Source: Azolla caroliniana (Eukaryota; Plantae; Polypodiophyta). From it: DNA of 64,000 bases. The position numbers were made by a program, and so were the translations under genes. The stretch spans positions 1,116,001 through 1,180,000 of the forward strand of contig JBHGNT010000009.1 in assembly GCA_043228905.1 (NCBI GenBank). The letters run 5' to 3'. The notes below the pieces were generated by a model. That model was not told where the DNA came from, did no database searches, and worked only from the letters and a program-made list of their open reading frames with translations. Shown here piece after piece: positions 11,561 through 24,984 of this stretch. Positions within the stretch are counted from its first letter, which is position 1. The number at the start of each line of letters is the position of its first letter.

Positions 11561-14500
11561 GCAATAGTGGGTCATCTTCAAAAGGAGGTGGAAGGAACGA
11601 TACCAAATTTAGAGTTGAATTTAGGGAATGAAGGTGTAGAGTAGTCAATGTCGTGATGACATCAAAAGCACGCAACAAAATATCACAAGTGTGTGTGTGT
11701 GTGTGTGTTAATGGAGAATGCAAAGGACTTTGTATCATGAGCATTAGTATTATCATCCTCAATCATCATCATCATCATCATGTGTATCATCATCAACCAT
11801 CAGACATTAAGGTTGTAGCTTTTAGTTGGATAGGTAAAGAGTGTTAGCAACTTGATAAAGGTCTTTTAAAGAGAAGTGTTCTAGTGTAGTAAACACACAA
11901 AAGAGTGAGTGGGTGAGAGTGAGAGAGAGAGGGAGGGAGAGAGAGACATAGAGAGAAGGGCAAAGAGAATATGCTGTTTATTTAGTTCCTCACTAAAATT
12001 CTATTCCATATTTGTTATTCCATTACCAAAATAAAATAAAAGCTCTATATTTTCTTTCTCTTTGTCTATTGTATATTGTTATGTTGTAAATGGAAAATTA
12101 TGACATGACCACCCACATTCATGCTCTTCTTTTAAGTTTCAAACTTCACAACTTGCCACCTACATCCAAAGACTTTTTTGTGTGATGTGACCATTACCTT
12201 GGAACAACTTTTAGCTTTCTAAAGTAGATTCGCCGATTTCCTCTCCCCCCTTGTTACGGTGATATGTTTGCCCTATTCTATGCCTACACAAACAAGCATG
12301 TTAGCCTTCGAAGATACGTAAAAAGAAGTTAAGAAAACATGAGAGTTGTGCCCTTTACTTGTGCCCTTACGGGTAAAGAACTAGGTCAAGGTGCATAATG
12401 TAGCTCGATAGACTTTGTTTGTGCTTTTAACAACCATTTTCGAAGTTGTACGCTAGGACCTCAAGAAGTCAAAAGCGCGCAATGACTTCATGTATATATT
12501 ATTAAGTTGCATTGTCTCGTGTCTTTCTCGGGTTTTGCACACTTCACATGGCATTTCGTGTAATATTTTAAATGTCCATTGACAAACGATTGCTTAATAG
12601 TTACATAATTTAATGAGGCTCATACATCATTTGTCAACATCACCGTTGTCACATGATGTGCAAAGTTTTCTTTATGGGTTATTGCTCTCACAAGTCATCA
12701 TCCTCTTGTTTTATTGTTCGTAAGTCTCATCAATAACAATTGCACATGATGAACTTTCGATGTTAGATTGATTATGCACACATGCATACAAATCCGAACG
12801 TAGTCTTATTTCGGTCTCACAAATCATGGCCCCAAATTCCCCCTTGTTCAGAAAAAATTGATTTTCATTTGTGCATGCACACAACTCTAAGTAATGTCAT
12901 AGCTTATTTATTGGAAGATTCAAATATCAAATAAATGTTACTAGTACAATTACATGTGATTGGCTCAAACTTGTCGTACTTAGTAGGCAAACACTCTTCT
13001 AGCTTCAATCAATTTGTTATAATTATTAATAAATGTTATAGATTCAAAAGACGGTTTGCTTAGCTTGTATTTAGGTTGATAATGTCGCACATACCTATAT
13101 CAAATTTCTAAACTTTTGAAATGGAAATTTATTGTAAAGCTAATCCTATTTAATGTTTTTTCTTTTCTTTTCCAAAATGTTTAATGTTATTGTTTTAGTA
13201 AAAGTAATGTTGAAATCTAAAACAAAGACAAAATACGATATTTATCGTATTCCAACGTTGTGTGACCCTCTTTCCATTCTAGTGCTTTGTTTACCTAAAC
13301 AACATAGAAATCCATTTTGAAGCTCAATTGCTACTAATTTTCTCTTGGCCAATTACAATGTTGTTGGGGAAATTAACCATATGTGTTTGCGATTATGCCA
13401 AATTCTAATCACTATATGCACTTTTTAGTTACTGGATACATTAAATTTCAAGTGCACATTGATTCTATAAATGGTAGTGTCATACTCAATTTCTTTGTAA
13501 ACATTATAAAGAATATAGTTTTTTTTAAAAATCCTCCAAATGGGTTGCTCACTTCCTAGTTGATAACAAAGAATATAAAGATTATACATACATACACCAC
13601 ACACACACACACATCTAAGCTAATATAGTATGGCGGTGAAATGGTTGTTGGGATGCTAAGCATGATATTATATGTTTATCAAATATTTGAAGATTTACTC
13701 ATCTAGTCATTTTACTAGGTTGCCAATTCATATCGACAACATAGATGCATACTTTGACATGAGTGGTATTTTCCAATCACGGACCCATCTTAATAACTTA
13801 GTAACTTATGTGATACAAATACCTCAAACTACCTCTTGACTTTTCAATGCATTGATAGTTGATTATGATTTTGAATATTCGTATATTCATATCTTGGTAT
13901 GAGTTGAGTTATGTCAACATGTGTGCCAATATTTTCTAACTTCATTCCATATATGCTTAGATTTATGTGGATCACAGACGAGTAGTGATTACATTGGAGA
14001 TCTCATTGGCAATTTGGCATGTGTAAGTATCCTTTTCACATGGACGAATAAGCTTCGGAATTTTTCTGAACATCATACTTTCGTTTTGTACGTTTCCAAC
14101 ATCATATATTCAAACCTTGTGAACAAGGACTCATTAGACTACCCTAACCATTATGCTAATATAGATGGGAAATGTGGGAAATTTTATTTCTCAAATGTAT
14201 TGCATTGACTTACATATGCATACAACACAACAATTGAAGCTCAAGTGGTAATATGTAAATCCCTCCAAAGCATGGTGCTGTAGTCTACTTTTGATTTGCA
14301 TAAGAGTTGGTATATTAGTGTAGGTCCTTGATAGTTAGTTAAAACTTAAAGTATAAAAGTACGAAGATTTCATGGTTCAATTTTCTATTTATATTGCATT
14401 GCTTTGGCAAAAAGATTGCCTTTGTAAGCCATTTCAATTTTCTCAGTTGAGGAAATTTGTAAAGCCATTGTTTATGGGAAAAAGTTTGAACTTAGTATAA

Positions 14501-14727
14501 GTGTAGTTTGGTGAACTCAAGGTCAACAAATGGAATGGGTCCAAAATGAATTTGTCAATCCATTCTTTTAGGAGTTAGTGTTAGTTAACCATTAGTGTTA
14601 ATGGTCTCATGATTGTGTACGTAATATTAGATCCATTGATTAGATTTGAACCCATGATGTGAAGATTGGAAAGTATAAGCTTACTGGATTAAAATAAATT
14701 TATTGTGGTTTAGCACATAATGTATGT

Positions 14728-15000
14728 ACATAGCGGACCAAGATTGGATTTACAATACATTTTTGCTGTAAAAAATAAGGAAAGCTATACTTCCAAAATC
14801 TTTGCCTAAAGTAGTATACGAAAGATGAGTGCCCCTATTATTTTGTAAAGGAGTCATCCAATTTATCACATAGCGGACCAAGACCAGATCTACAATACAT
14901 TTTTGCTTTAAAAAATAAGGAAACCTATAATTCCAAAATCTTTGCCTAAAGTTGTATATGAAATATTTGAGCCCCTATTATTTTGCAAAGGAGTTGTCCA
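14728..15000. repeat. Tandem duplication, about 140-bp unit x2
   Basis: ACATAGCGGACCAAGA...CCCCTATTATTTTG..AAGGAGT occurs at about 14728-14860 and 14869-15000. Confidence 0.9.
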
Positions 15001-16596
15001 TTAGGGAGCAATGTATAGTATTGAGTATGTATGTGTGTGAGTGTGTAGTATGTCTGTTGGAGTTGACCATTAATCTTCAATTCATGCACAACCAATCATA
15101 GGAATCCTATGCAACAAAACAAAAAAGAGAAAAAACAATGACAGAACCAAAACCCTTAAAGAAAGAGAGAGACAATTGAGAAACAATCAAGTGTAGAGTT
15201 GGTCGTTTGACTATTAACAATAATCATCACTCACACACTTTTCAAAATTACAAGTATCCTCAAAGCCCTAAGTTTCTTCTTTAACATATACTTAAGAGAG
15301 ATCACATGGCTTCGCTCCTAGCCTTTCTCACAAGTGTCCTATATACAACAATCTCTCACCAAAATCAAACACACATATGATAGTTTGCAATGTCCATTTA
15401 CATCTTCCATTTTTAGTTGAATATTCTTAAATTCTTGTCAAAATGTGCAACTAGATCAACTCCTTTTTAGGGGAATTTAATGTTTTTTTGGCACAATTTC
15501 AAGCCTTACAAAAAGAAAATGGGATTCTGGTTGAAAGAGTGTGTCTTGGAATAGGATCATAATGGGATCTCATTTGGCCATTACACTTAATTTAGTGCAA
15601 TATTGGCCAAATTTTGTGGAAAATGGCCTACGGTTGCCATGATGCAAAGGGACACACACCTCTTCAACAAGCCATGCAACAAATTTCAATGCTTAGGGAA
15701 ACCAAGAGCCATGCCACACCATATTGATCTTCTACTCAGCCATATGAACACGTTGTTAACCAAATTGGTAACAACTATATTATAATGATCACTAATTACT
15801 ATACCAAGTGGGTGGCCACATTAAAGGTGATTCACACAAGTACCACCATGGAAACAATTTGCTTCTTATAGAAATTGCATGGTGTTGTTATGGGTACCCC
15901 CATTAAGATTGTGAGCTTCTGACCTAGGTACCTCATCAAGCACATGACCACACACTATTTGGTGGTACATAAGAAAAGCACATCCTATTTTTTTGTAAGT
16001 GGGTGACTTGGTGGAGTCAACCAATTTGAAGAAGCCCCTCAACTAGATTTAGATAAATTGAGGTCAAAATTTCCCATTTGCACTCTATAGATATCACATT
16101 AGCTTTGAGACAAGAATATTCATCACCCCATCAAATTAATCAAGGTTTAAGTGTCAAGACTTTACCAGACGAGGAAACATTTCTATGATAACACAATATC
16201 ACTTTGCTTTAGCACAATGAGGAACATCTCGAAAGCTTGTTGTGGTTAAAACACACGCTATAGTAAAGGAAGGCATTTGTTGACCATCATGAATATTAGG
16301 TGTGTAAGTTTGTCATTGGTACATTACTAAGATAGTTCAAAGATTTTAGAACACACTACGGAACACATTATTTGTGACAATAGAGACTGTGAACAAGAGA
16401 AGAAGCTTCTTCACTTATGGAAAAAGTTGCCCCTGTTTACAGAGTCAACTCAAGGGCCTCAATGGCACTATCGACTGCCATGGACCATTTCTTGAATATC
16501 AATAAATCATGGCAGTGTGCATCAGCAAATTCCAACACTTTCTACAAAGTCCTATCTTTGGTCTTAGGATTACTGTACATCATTGTACATAAAAAG

Positions 16597-16686
16597 TTGT
16601 AAGCTTTTGGGCAGACAAGCTCAAGTTGTAGCCTTTGGGTGTTTTTTCTCAATACTATTGAAGAAAATCTTTGAAGAAAAAAAAAG
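16597..16686 (+). mobile_element. Retroposon 3' tail with A-rich end, same family as 54131-54220
   Basis: TTGTAAGCTTTTGGGCAGACAAGCTCAAGTTGTAGCCTT...GAAGAAAATCTTTGAAG plus an A-run, nearly identical to 54131-54220. Confidence 0.6.
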
Positions 16687-17895
16687 CACTTCAAATGTCA
16701 TAGAATCTAGCAAATCATACAAATCAAACTTTAGTCATTACAATGCTAATATGATCATTTGAACTCTTTTCCTTATAAATAAAATATTGGATAGGCACAT
16801 TCACATTCCACGGCATTCATGTAACAACGTTGGAACTTGATTTTCAACAAACTTGATCTCTTTTTCTAATTTTATCTTCCGTAACCATCGAATAAAGGTG
16901 ACAACAAACCATTAACTTGCAAGTAAAGTAGATGACATATCCTCGACGAGTTCGTGTACCCATCCAACACAAAATAACAATGTGCTTCTAAAATCGCCAA
17001 CAAAGAGGCTAGCTAGTGAGATTGTAGCTAATAACCAGCCTAGTTGCTACAAAGAGCTTGACATATAAGTTTTGTTTCTCCAACTATATGTGTTTGCGTC
17101 TCACTTTCAAGTCTGTCAAGTATTAATGATCGTCAATCATATAGAATCTAACAATTTTCATACAATGAACCAACTGATGCATGCTCATGGACAGGATTTA
17201 AGGAAATTTATGTCCATCATATGCACAATTGTTTTCTTATTAGCACATTATTATATATTTTCTTAATGCAAGATCACAAATGTAACTACCCCTAAATTGT
17301 TACCAATGTACCTTTATAGAATACAAAATTTACAACTACATTGGGGTATGCTTGTAGCTTGTTAGTAGACACCCAAACATTAGGGCTAAATTTGGTATAT
17401 TTCTCATTACTCCATCTCTCCACCGCCTTTGAAAGCTGGTGTTTGGAGATATGGTAGCCTTCTTCATTGAATGTTATAATGAGAAGGTTGAGCTCCTTAA
17501 AAGCATTTGGAAGCTAAGCTCAAGATCAGAAGAACTTGTAGTTAATGAAAGAGATTGAAATGGAAATGCTTTTTTTTTTAGTCCGTATATCGTATTTATT
17601 AATGACTTAGATTTTTTCATCATTTGTCATATTCCTATATGCCATGATGATTCTACTTGAACAATAAGCTTTCCATCTCCTCATGTTGAGTTGTCATGAC
17701 TCATGTCCTTGTCTCATGTGTGGACACTTCTAGCTTATAAAGCTCGTTCTTCTACCCATTCCTTGTTTTTGTTTGTCTTTGTTTCAAAACTCATATTGAC
17801 ACATTAACTTATACATGCTTTTGTTTTTAGGAATAAAGTTGTAGTAGCAAACTAGAGCTTAAAGAATAATTATACAAGTGTCAAATTAGAAACAT

Positions 17896-17962
<67 letters not shown>

Positions 17963-19153
17963 CTTATAGCCCTTCACTAAGGAATAATCAAACAAGATAT
18001 TGTACATTTGTTTAATTGCTATTGTACATTTGCACAAACATACACACATACTTCTTTTGTCAGATTGTGTGCATGTATGTGTGTGTGCCTCTGTCTCTCA
18101 CACACATGCACATACTTCTTGTGTGTGTGTGTGTTGTGTGTGTGTGTATTAGAGAGAGACTGAGTAAGAAAACTTCACTAACTGCACCATCACTTCCAAG
18201 AGCAAATATGTGTGTATCAATTTTGTAGGTTCCTTAATGTCATCTCATGACCAAGCTTTTCCCATCTGCAAAAAGTGTCATATAATTTCTGTCAAGACAT
18301 GTGGTGAAATGGGATTATTATTTAATACACATATTTTTTATTCCCATGATAAAGTGCTCACTAAAAAACCAACTATTCTTACATTTGTAAATGAAATTAT
18401 TGTGAGGATACAAGCATGATAAAAGCAAGGTCTCAAATACAAAAATGCAGCCAACAATGATAATGATAGAAATTTGGTAAAACAATCCCACCGACGTCTA
18501 CATATTGAAACATTTCATGCCGAGCTTTATGATTGCTTATGTAGCTTATTTGCTAGTTCGGCATCTTATGCGAGCCTTAAATTGGACCCTACTTAAGGTC
18601 CAAGGAGTTGGGCACACTTACACACTACGATGCAACATTGATGGAGTTTGTACAAGCCCCCAACGAACACATATTTCTTTAGTCACATATATGGGATATC
18701 TATTTGCATGTGTTTTAAGAAAGTTAAGCATTCTTTCCCTATCCAAAGGGCACAACAATGTCACATTCCACCAACTTTTTGTTTTCTCTTAATGAAAGAT
18801 ATAGCATGCATCAAAATAACGATTTGCAAAAGGAAAATAGTCTCATGTTAGCTGAAATTAAGCTGGACAATCGACTTCCCATGTTTCCCCTTATTTGGGT
18901 TGAGGCATCCTGTTTTAGCATCCCCGTTGGGCAACAAATCTAAGAACTTTCATAAGTAAGCTCATGGACTTGTAAGCAAGGATTGATTTGGTTATTGAGG
19001 ATGTTTACAGTCTAGTGTACAATACGTAAAAGGCAATGTTTTCATATTGTGATTCAACATGCAAAGTTACTTTCATATCGTTTGTTTTAGTTTCGTGCAT
19101 GATGATGAAACTTACCCCAACCACATACAAGGTTCATAAAAATGGATGGGTGG

Positions 19154-19493
19154 TAACAATCGGCAACCGAACCGAACCGCAAAACCGCAGCTAAACGGTT
19201 TAAATGGTTCAGTTTGGTTTTGATGGTTTTTATTTATTTTTTAAACAACATTTTTATTTTTAAGCTTAATTCTCAAATTTAGGAAAAATCTTGAAAATTT
19301 TGAAATAATGAAAATTTTGAATTTTGAATTTTGACCTAAGTTGAAAACTGAAACCGAACCACGAAATCACGGTTTTCGCGGTGTAATGGTTTCATGGTTT
19401 CATGGTTCGGTTCAGGTTTCAATATTTTTAAACGGTTCAATTTCAAATTGGCTCGGTTTGGACACTCTCAAACCGAACCGTTGCCGACTGTTA
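19154..19493. mobile_element. hAT-type MITE (AACCG-rich family)
   Basis: TIRs TAACAATCGGCAAC / GTTGCCGACTGTTA; 8-bp TSD ATGGGTGG / ATAGGTGG; subterminal AACCG/CGGTT repeats. Confidence 0.85.
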
Positions 19494-21451
19494 ATAGGTG
19501 GGGCAATTTATATTTTGGTAGAAACCTAGCTTATGCTTAAATCTTAGTCCGTAAGTATTTGCTTACCCCTTGAACCCCATTACCCATGGGCATTCATACT
19601 AAAGCAAATACTCATGGCAAATGCATTTCACACATTAATTTGCCTTGGGGTCTTCCAACCGAATTGATGCCTCAACATTTGACTTTGTAACATAAGATAG
19701 AAGGACTTCCGTTAGGCTCTCCATGTGCACAATGCATTCATTGTGGCTATCATAAACATTGTTGATATACTAATATAATATATCATATATAATATATAAT
19801 ATATTCTTTAATAAGTGAGAGAAAATATGTGTTTGTTGCTTATGTAGTTGATTTCAAGAAGACAATTTTCTATTTGGCATCAACTTGAAGAAAATGCAAT
19901 CATTTGAGCTTTTACATACATTTATCAACAATTGTAGACTTGGAATTGAACTTGTGCATCATACATATTCCCAACAAGTTCTACTTTAAAACATAAACTT
20001 AAATTGGGTCAAGACTTTTCATATCTATGATTTCTTATATGGAACAATATGAAGGACACTATATCCTCACAATCACGTTGTTTTCTTCCGAACTATGCAA
20101 ATATTCAAGTGTTGATTTTTGTTTAATTGTATCTTGCGTCCATTGCCATAACAAGTCTTTACGATATTTAAGCTCCACTTTAGTTGTCATTGCTATTATG
20201 TATTGCAATTACAGCAAATATATGCAATACCTTAATTTTTGTAACACTTGCAAAGAAAAACTCAAAAAGACAACCTTTTAGAATCAATATATCTTACGGC
20301 TAATTTATCTATATATGTATTCCATATCTATATATGTATTATGTATTCTCATTAAAAAAATTACAAGCTATAAACTTATCTAAGTTGTGCATTCATATCC
20401 AACGTTTTTTGAGAACATGATCACTACATTTTGAAAGTGAATGGAAATCATGAAGAGAGTTCAACGTTTGAATTGTTACATGCCAACAAACATTTATAAT
20501 TTAATACTTCCAAATTATTACGATTAATATTAACAATATGCAATGTATTAGAAGGTTGGAGAAAGAATGGCTTTAAGATGCTTAGCCACCTAAACCAACC
20601 CAAGCAAAGGATAAGAGAAACAACAAAACCCATCAATATCCCAAAAGTTCCCTATATATAATTGAACTCTATATATAGGCACCAAGACCACCACATTTTC
20701 CCTTCTATTCTAGGATCTTAATGGTTGTCCTAAAGTTTAGGATAATGGTTTCTCACTCATGTTACCCTTAAATCCATTAAAATTGGCCTTTAGCATTGGT
20801 CCTTTAAATAATACCCATGATAAAGAAGCATGAAAAGTTCTTAGAGTGTGTCGGTGTAAACATCTATTGCCACCAATTTTACTAGCATATGCATATACAT
20901 ACACTTCAAAACCTTATTGTCTCTAAAAAATTTTGAATCGGGGGAACACATACATACCAAAAATAAGGAAAATTACATCAAAACATTAGAATAACATATA
21001 GAGAAATATAACGGATTATCATTCGTTGAGACCGAATATGATTGATGAACCAAAATACAGTACTTTCATATAGTATGGAGTATGTTAGTGACAATGTTCA
21101 ATAATTTTACTAATAAATTACAATTGAGAGAGTAAATTGCAACTATGAGAGCGATATGTATAATCGAAGAGTCTCGTTGCATGTGTCACAATGCTTTGTC
21201 TCACATTGAAGAGAATGTGAACTAAGTAGTGTGGAAACAATGGTTTTAGATGGAAAATAAAGAAATGGGCCCTAGCATGTATACAAGATGGGGTTAATGT
21301 AACTCACCTAATAGAGAAGACAATGATGTTAGCTTTGTAAAAAAGCTTTATTCACAAAGGAATCTACTGACACATCATGAATGAAGTGTAATGCATAAAT
21401 CATTTCTTCAAATCTTTCGTCTCCTTTAAACTCAAAATCTAGCTTTTTTTT

Positions 21452-21700
21452 TTACTTGCTTTGAATGGAAATGGATTTAGTGATACTATATTTATATACT
21501 TCGGCACCATAGAAAACTATCAATGTAACATAACTGTCAAAGAGGTATCTCTTGAAAACCCAACATTTACTTTCTTTTTTATGACAAATGTTATCAAATG
21601 CATTCTTCCTCCTTTCCAATTGCCAAGTGACAAGTAGCATTTAATCAATCTATGATTAGAGGTAACCTCAAGGCCAAAGGACTAGACACTTTCTACCATA
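21452..21700 (-). mobile_element. RTE-like LINE relic
   Basis: KCWVFKRYLFDSYVTLIVFYGAEVY parallels EWEVKLMLFNAMVTQVLLYGVEVWG in the LINE at 23 kb. Confidence 0.55.
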
Positions 21701-22409
21701 CAATACAATGCATGGTTTATCCACTCAAGATGTCTAATCTTCATTTTCAAGTTATACATCTATACAAGTGAGAAATATAAGTTCATATGAGTTCATTTTG
21801 ATGTTCATTACCATAATCTTCATTTTAAAGTTATAGACACATCTTACTATACAAGTGAGAACAATGAGCTCATATGAGCCGATTTTGATGTTCATTAGCC
21901 AAGTAAAGATCCCTCCAAAAATGGCATATACTCAATTACATGAATCCTATTGCGTTCCTAAATGTATAGCCATTTGCACCACTCTATGAAGATACAACAC
22001 TTGTAATATCCATTTCTATTACACATTTTTAGGAGTAACATATAATATGGTTCTTATATGCTTTTTATGCATTGAAGGTCAAATCATACAATGCTCTAAG
22101 AAGAGAGAATTACATCTGTGTCTACCATCACATATGCAAATTAACATGGTTGCCTCAAACTAGTAAGTTAGGATAGAGAATAAGTTTCTATTAATACATG
22201 TATCGATTAAAGGTTATTTATATATAGATACCTTGTGAATGATTCTATACATATTGTACCTTCCAGTTACTCTACCAAATTGTACACTTTTTTGTTTACT
22301 ATCATACTTAAACTTTAACACATTGGTGCAAAAAATACGTGCATACTTATCCAAAAACAAAATTCCGAATTAATAAATATTTTGAAAAAACTAAAATGTA
22401 ACCTTAACA

Positions 22410-22523
22410 TTCAAAGTTATTAAAATCTTCATCAATTAACATTTTCCCCTCTATTCAAAGTTATTAAAATCTTCATCAATTAACATTTCCCCCTCTATTC
22501 AAATTTATTAAAATCTTCATCAA
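22410..22523. repeat. About 43-bp tandem repeat, about 2.6 copies, at the LINE 5' junction
   Basis: Unit TTCAAAGTTATTAAAATCTTCATCAATTAACATTTTCCCCTCTA. Confidence 0.85.
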
Positions 22524-22526
22524 GTA

Positions 22527-24043
22527 AATGGATAGTGGATTCTCAAAGCACTTTTTAAGTAACATGGGGGTCAAGCAAGGATGTCCACTATCACCCACAC
22601 TCTTTGGCTTATGTATTGATAAATTAGAAGAAGTGGTGAATAAGGTTGCAAGAGAAGAAGCATTGAATGCCCCCAAATTGATGCAACATGTTATCTTATT
22701 GCTTCTATATACAAATGATGTGGTACTCTTCTCATATGATGTTGATAGTATGCAAAATTTACTTGGGGTATTAGAAGACTTTAGCCATAGTAGTGGACTA
22801 GCAGTGAATGTGGAGAAAACAAAAATGATGGTAGTGCAAACCATCCAACCTCATCATTACCCTATGCTCACATATAGAGGTGAACATATACAATTTGTTC
22901 AAAGCTTTAAATATCATGGTATTGATGTACCCGCCACAAATAAATGGAATGCATGCTTTGATTCTAGGCTCTAAGCCGGTTGGAAATCGTATTACCTTTT
23001 GGAGAACCAATGCAACCAAAGTGATACTTCTGAATGGGAAGTAAAACTAATGTTGTTCAATGCCATGGTAACTCAAGTATTGCTTTATGGAGTAGAAGTA
23101 TGGGGTAGCACCATCTCTCTTAATGCATGGAATGAGATTGAGAAAATTCAAAAGATGTTTTTAAGGAGGCAAATAGGAATTAAATGCACTACCCTCTTAC
23201 CAACTTATGCTCTTGGAAAGAGGTGTTCGACCCATAGAGCTATTGGCACTCCAAAGAGTATATAAATACATTACAAAAGTCAAGAATATGCCGAATCATT
23301 GATTACCACACCTTGCTTGGAATGTTGGATGTAAGCTACAAAAGAATGATAAAAGTAAGATTCTCTCATTCGGTTGGGTTGTTGACATAAGGACATGGTT
23401 TAAAAGATGGGGTTTGGATGATCTTTTAGAGCTTTCGGGCAATGCTATGCAGTATGTAATGATTGAGGAAAGGTTGGTGGAATCATTAAGGATGAAGTGG
23501 GACGATGCTAAGAGGACAAAGCTAGAATACTACATTACAAATGTCAACCCTGAATGTTGGTCTCATTATAAAGCAAGAATACCTATTGATCATATCCAAC
23601 CTTATATCATTACCAATATGAGTGAGTAGTAATGCTCGTAGAGCCCTTACACTACTTCAAATTCGATCTCTCAAGTTAGGTATTGAAGTTGCATCATGGT
23701 ATCAAAATGTAACTAATTTGAAGACATGCAAAGTATGCAATGAAGGCATGGTAAAGGATGAATGTCACTTGCTCTTCACATGCTCGACATATAGTGCAAT
23801 TCGTTCAAGATATGCTAACATACTAAGAGGGAGTGATAACTTTAAGTGCCATACTTAAGACACCACACCGAGAAGGTTGAGCTCATATGTGTATGCTTTA
23901 TTCACACATAGAGACTTTGTGCTTCAATGTATGAATACCCCTTCTTAGGAAGGAGACACATATCAAGAACACATGTATACTCTGGTCCCATAGGTCAAAA
24001 TTGGCCTCTTCATGGACGATAAAAATTCTAATTCTAATTCTAA
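22527..24043 (+). mobile_element. 5'-truncated RTE-clade LINE (reverse transcriptase C-terminal half), disabled
   Basis: GVKQGCPLSPTLF, LLYTNDVVL (YADD-like), GLAVNVEKTKMM, FKYHG and a C-terminal CKVC...DECHLLFTC. Stops and frameshifts are present. It ends in an (ATTCTA)3 tail at 24025-24042, typical of RTE elements. Confidence 0.88.
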
Positions 24044-24404
24044 GTCTTTCATATACAAGCTATGCTTCTAGTTGCAAATTACAAGCTCTAAGAAGTTGCA
24101 GTTAAAGGCTAAAGTTAAAGCTAAATAATAAAGAATGAGTAACATTTTCATCCTTCTTAGTTAAAAACTTAGTTGCACCTTCAATATGTTAAATTCATAC
24201 GGTATTTGTACTACTCCTGATGTCCCTAACAACCATTTGACTCCGAACCAATGACAAGTTTAGAAAATCATCATGCAAAGCCTAGATACATACCACATGG
24301 AATTATTATACAATGACAAATTATATCCAAATTATTAAGCACAAGTATTGCATCTCTACATTTGATCACTAAGGGTAGATGAATTCTTAGTTGGTTGTTT
24401 ATTG

Positions 24405-24720
24405 TTAAGGTTGGGCAATTACATTACATGTTCAGAACAATATTTTATACATACATATTGATGAATCATTTCCCATTGAACCCATTCTATATGCAATTTC
24501 GTACAAATGTATTAAGGTTGGGCAATTACACTATATGTTCAGAACAATATTTTATACATACAGATTGATGAATAATTTCCTATTGACGCCATTCTATATG
24601 CAATTTCGTACATACGTATTAAGGTTGGGCAATTACACTATGTTCAGAACGATATTTTTTACATACAGATTCATGAATCATTTCCTATTGAAACCATTCT
24701 ATATGCAATTTCATACATAC
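24405..24720. repeat. About 107-bp tandem repeat x3, downstream of the RING-PHD gene
   Basis: TTAAGGTTGGGCAATTACA...CCATTCTATATGCAATTTC starting at about 24405, 24512 and 24619. Confidence 0.9.
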
Positions 24721-24984
24721 TTTGATTACACAATTTTGACATCCATAGCAGTTAATCAATCAACACACATAAGATCCACATGGTAGAGAAATCAATTTCA
24801 ATAAAAAGGGAAAAAAGGAATGGCTTTTCAACAATGTGGCATAAAGTCCAACTACAAGAGCTTCCTTGAATCTTCTTTACAATGTGGATGACAATGAAGG
24901 TATGTGAATGAATGATTAATAATCCATGTACATTTCACCTAATTCTATATACGTTTGTTCTTAGGACAGTCGTACTAACTTAGA

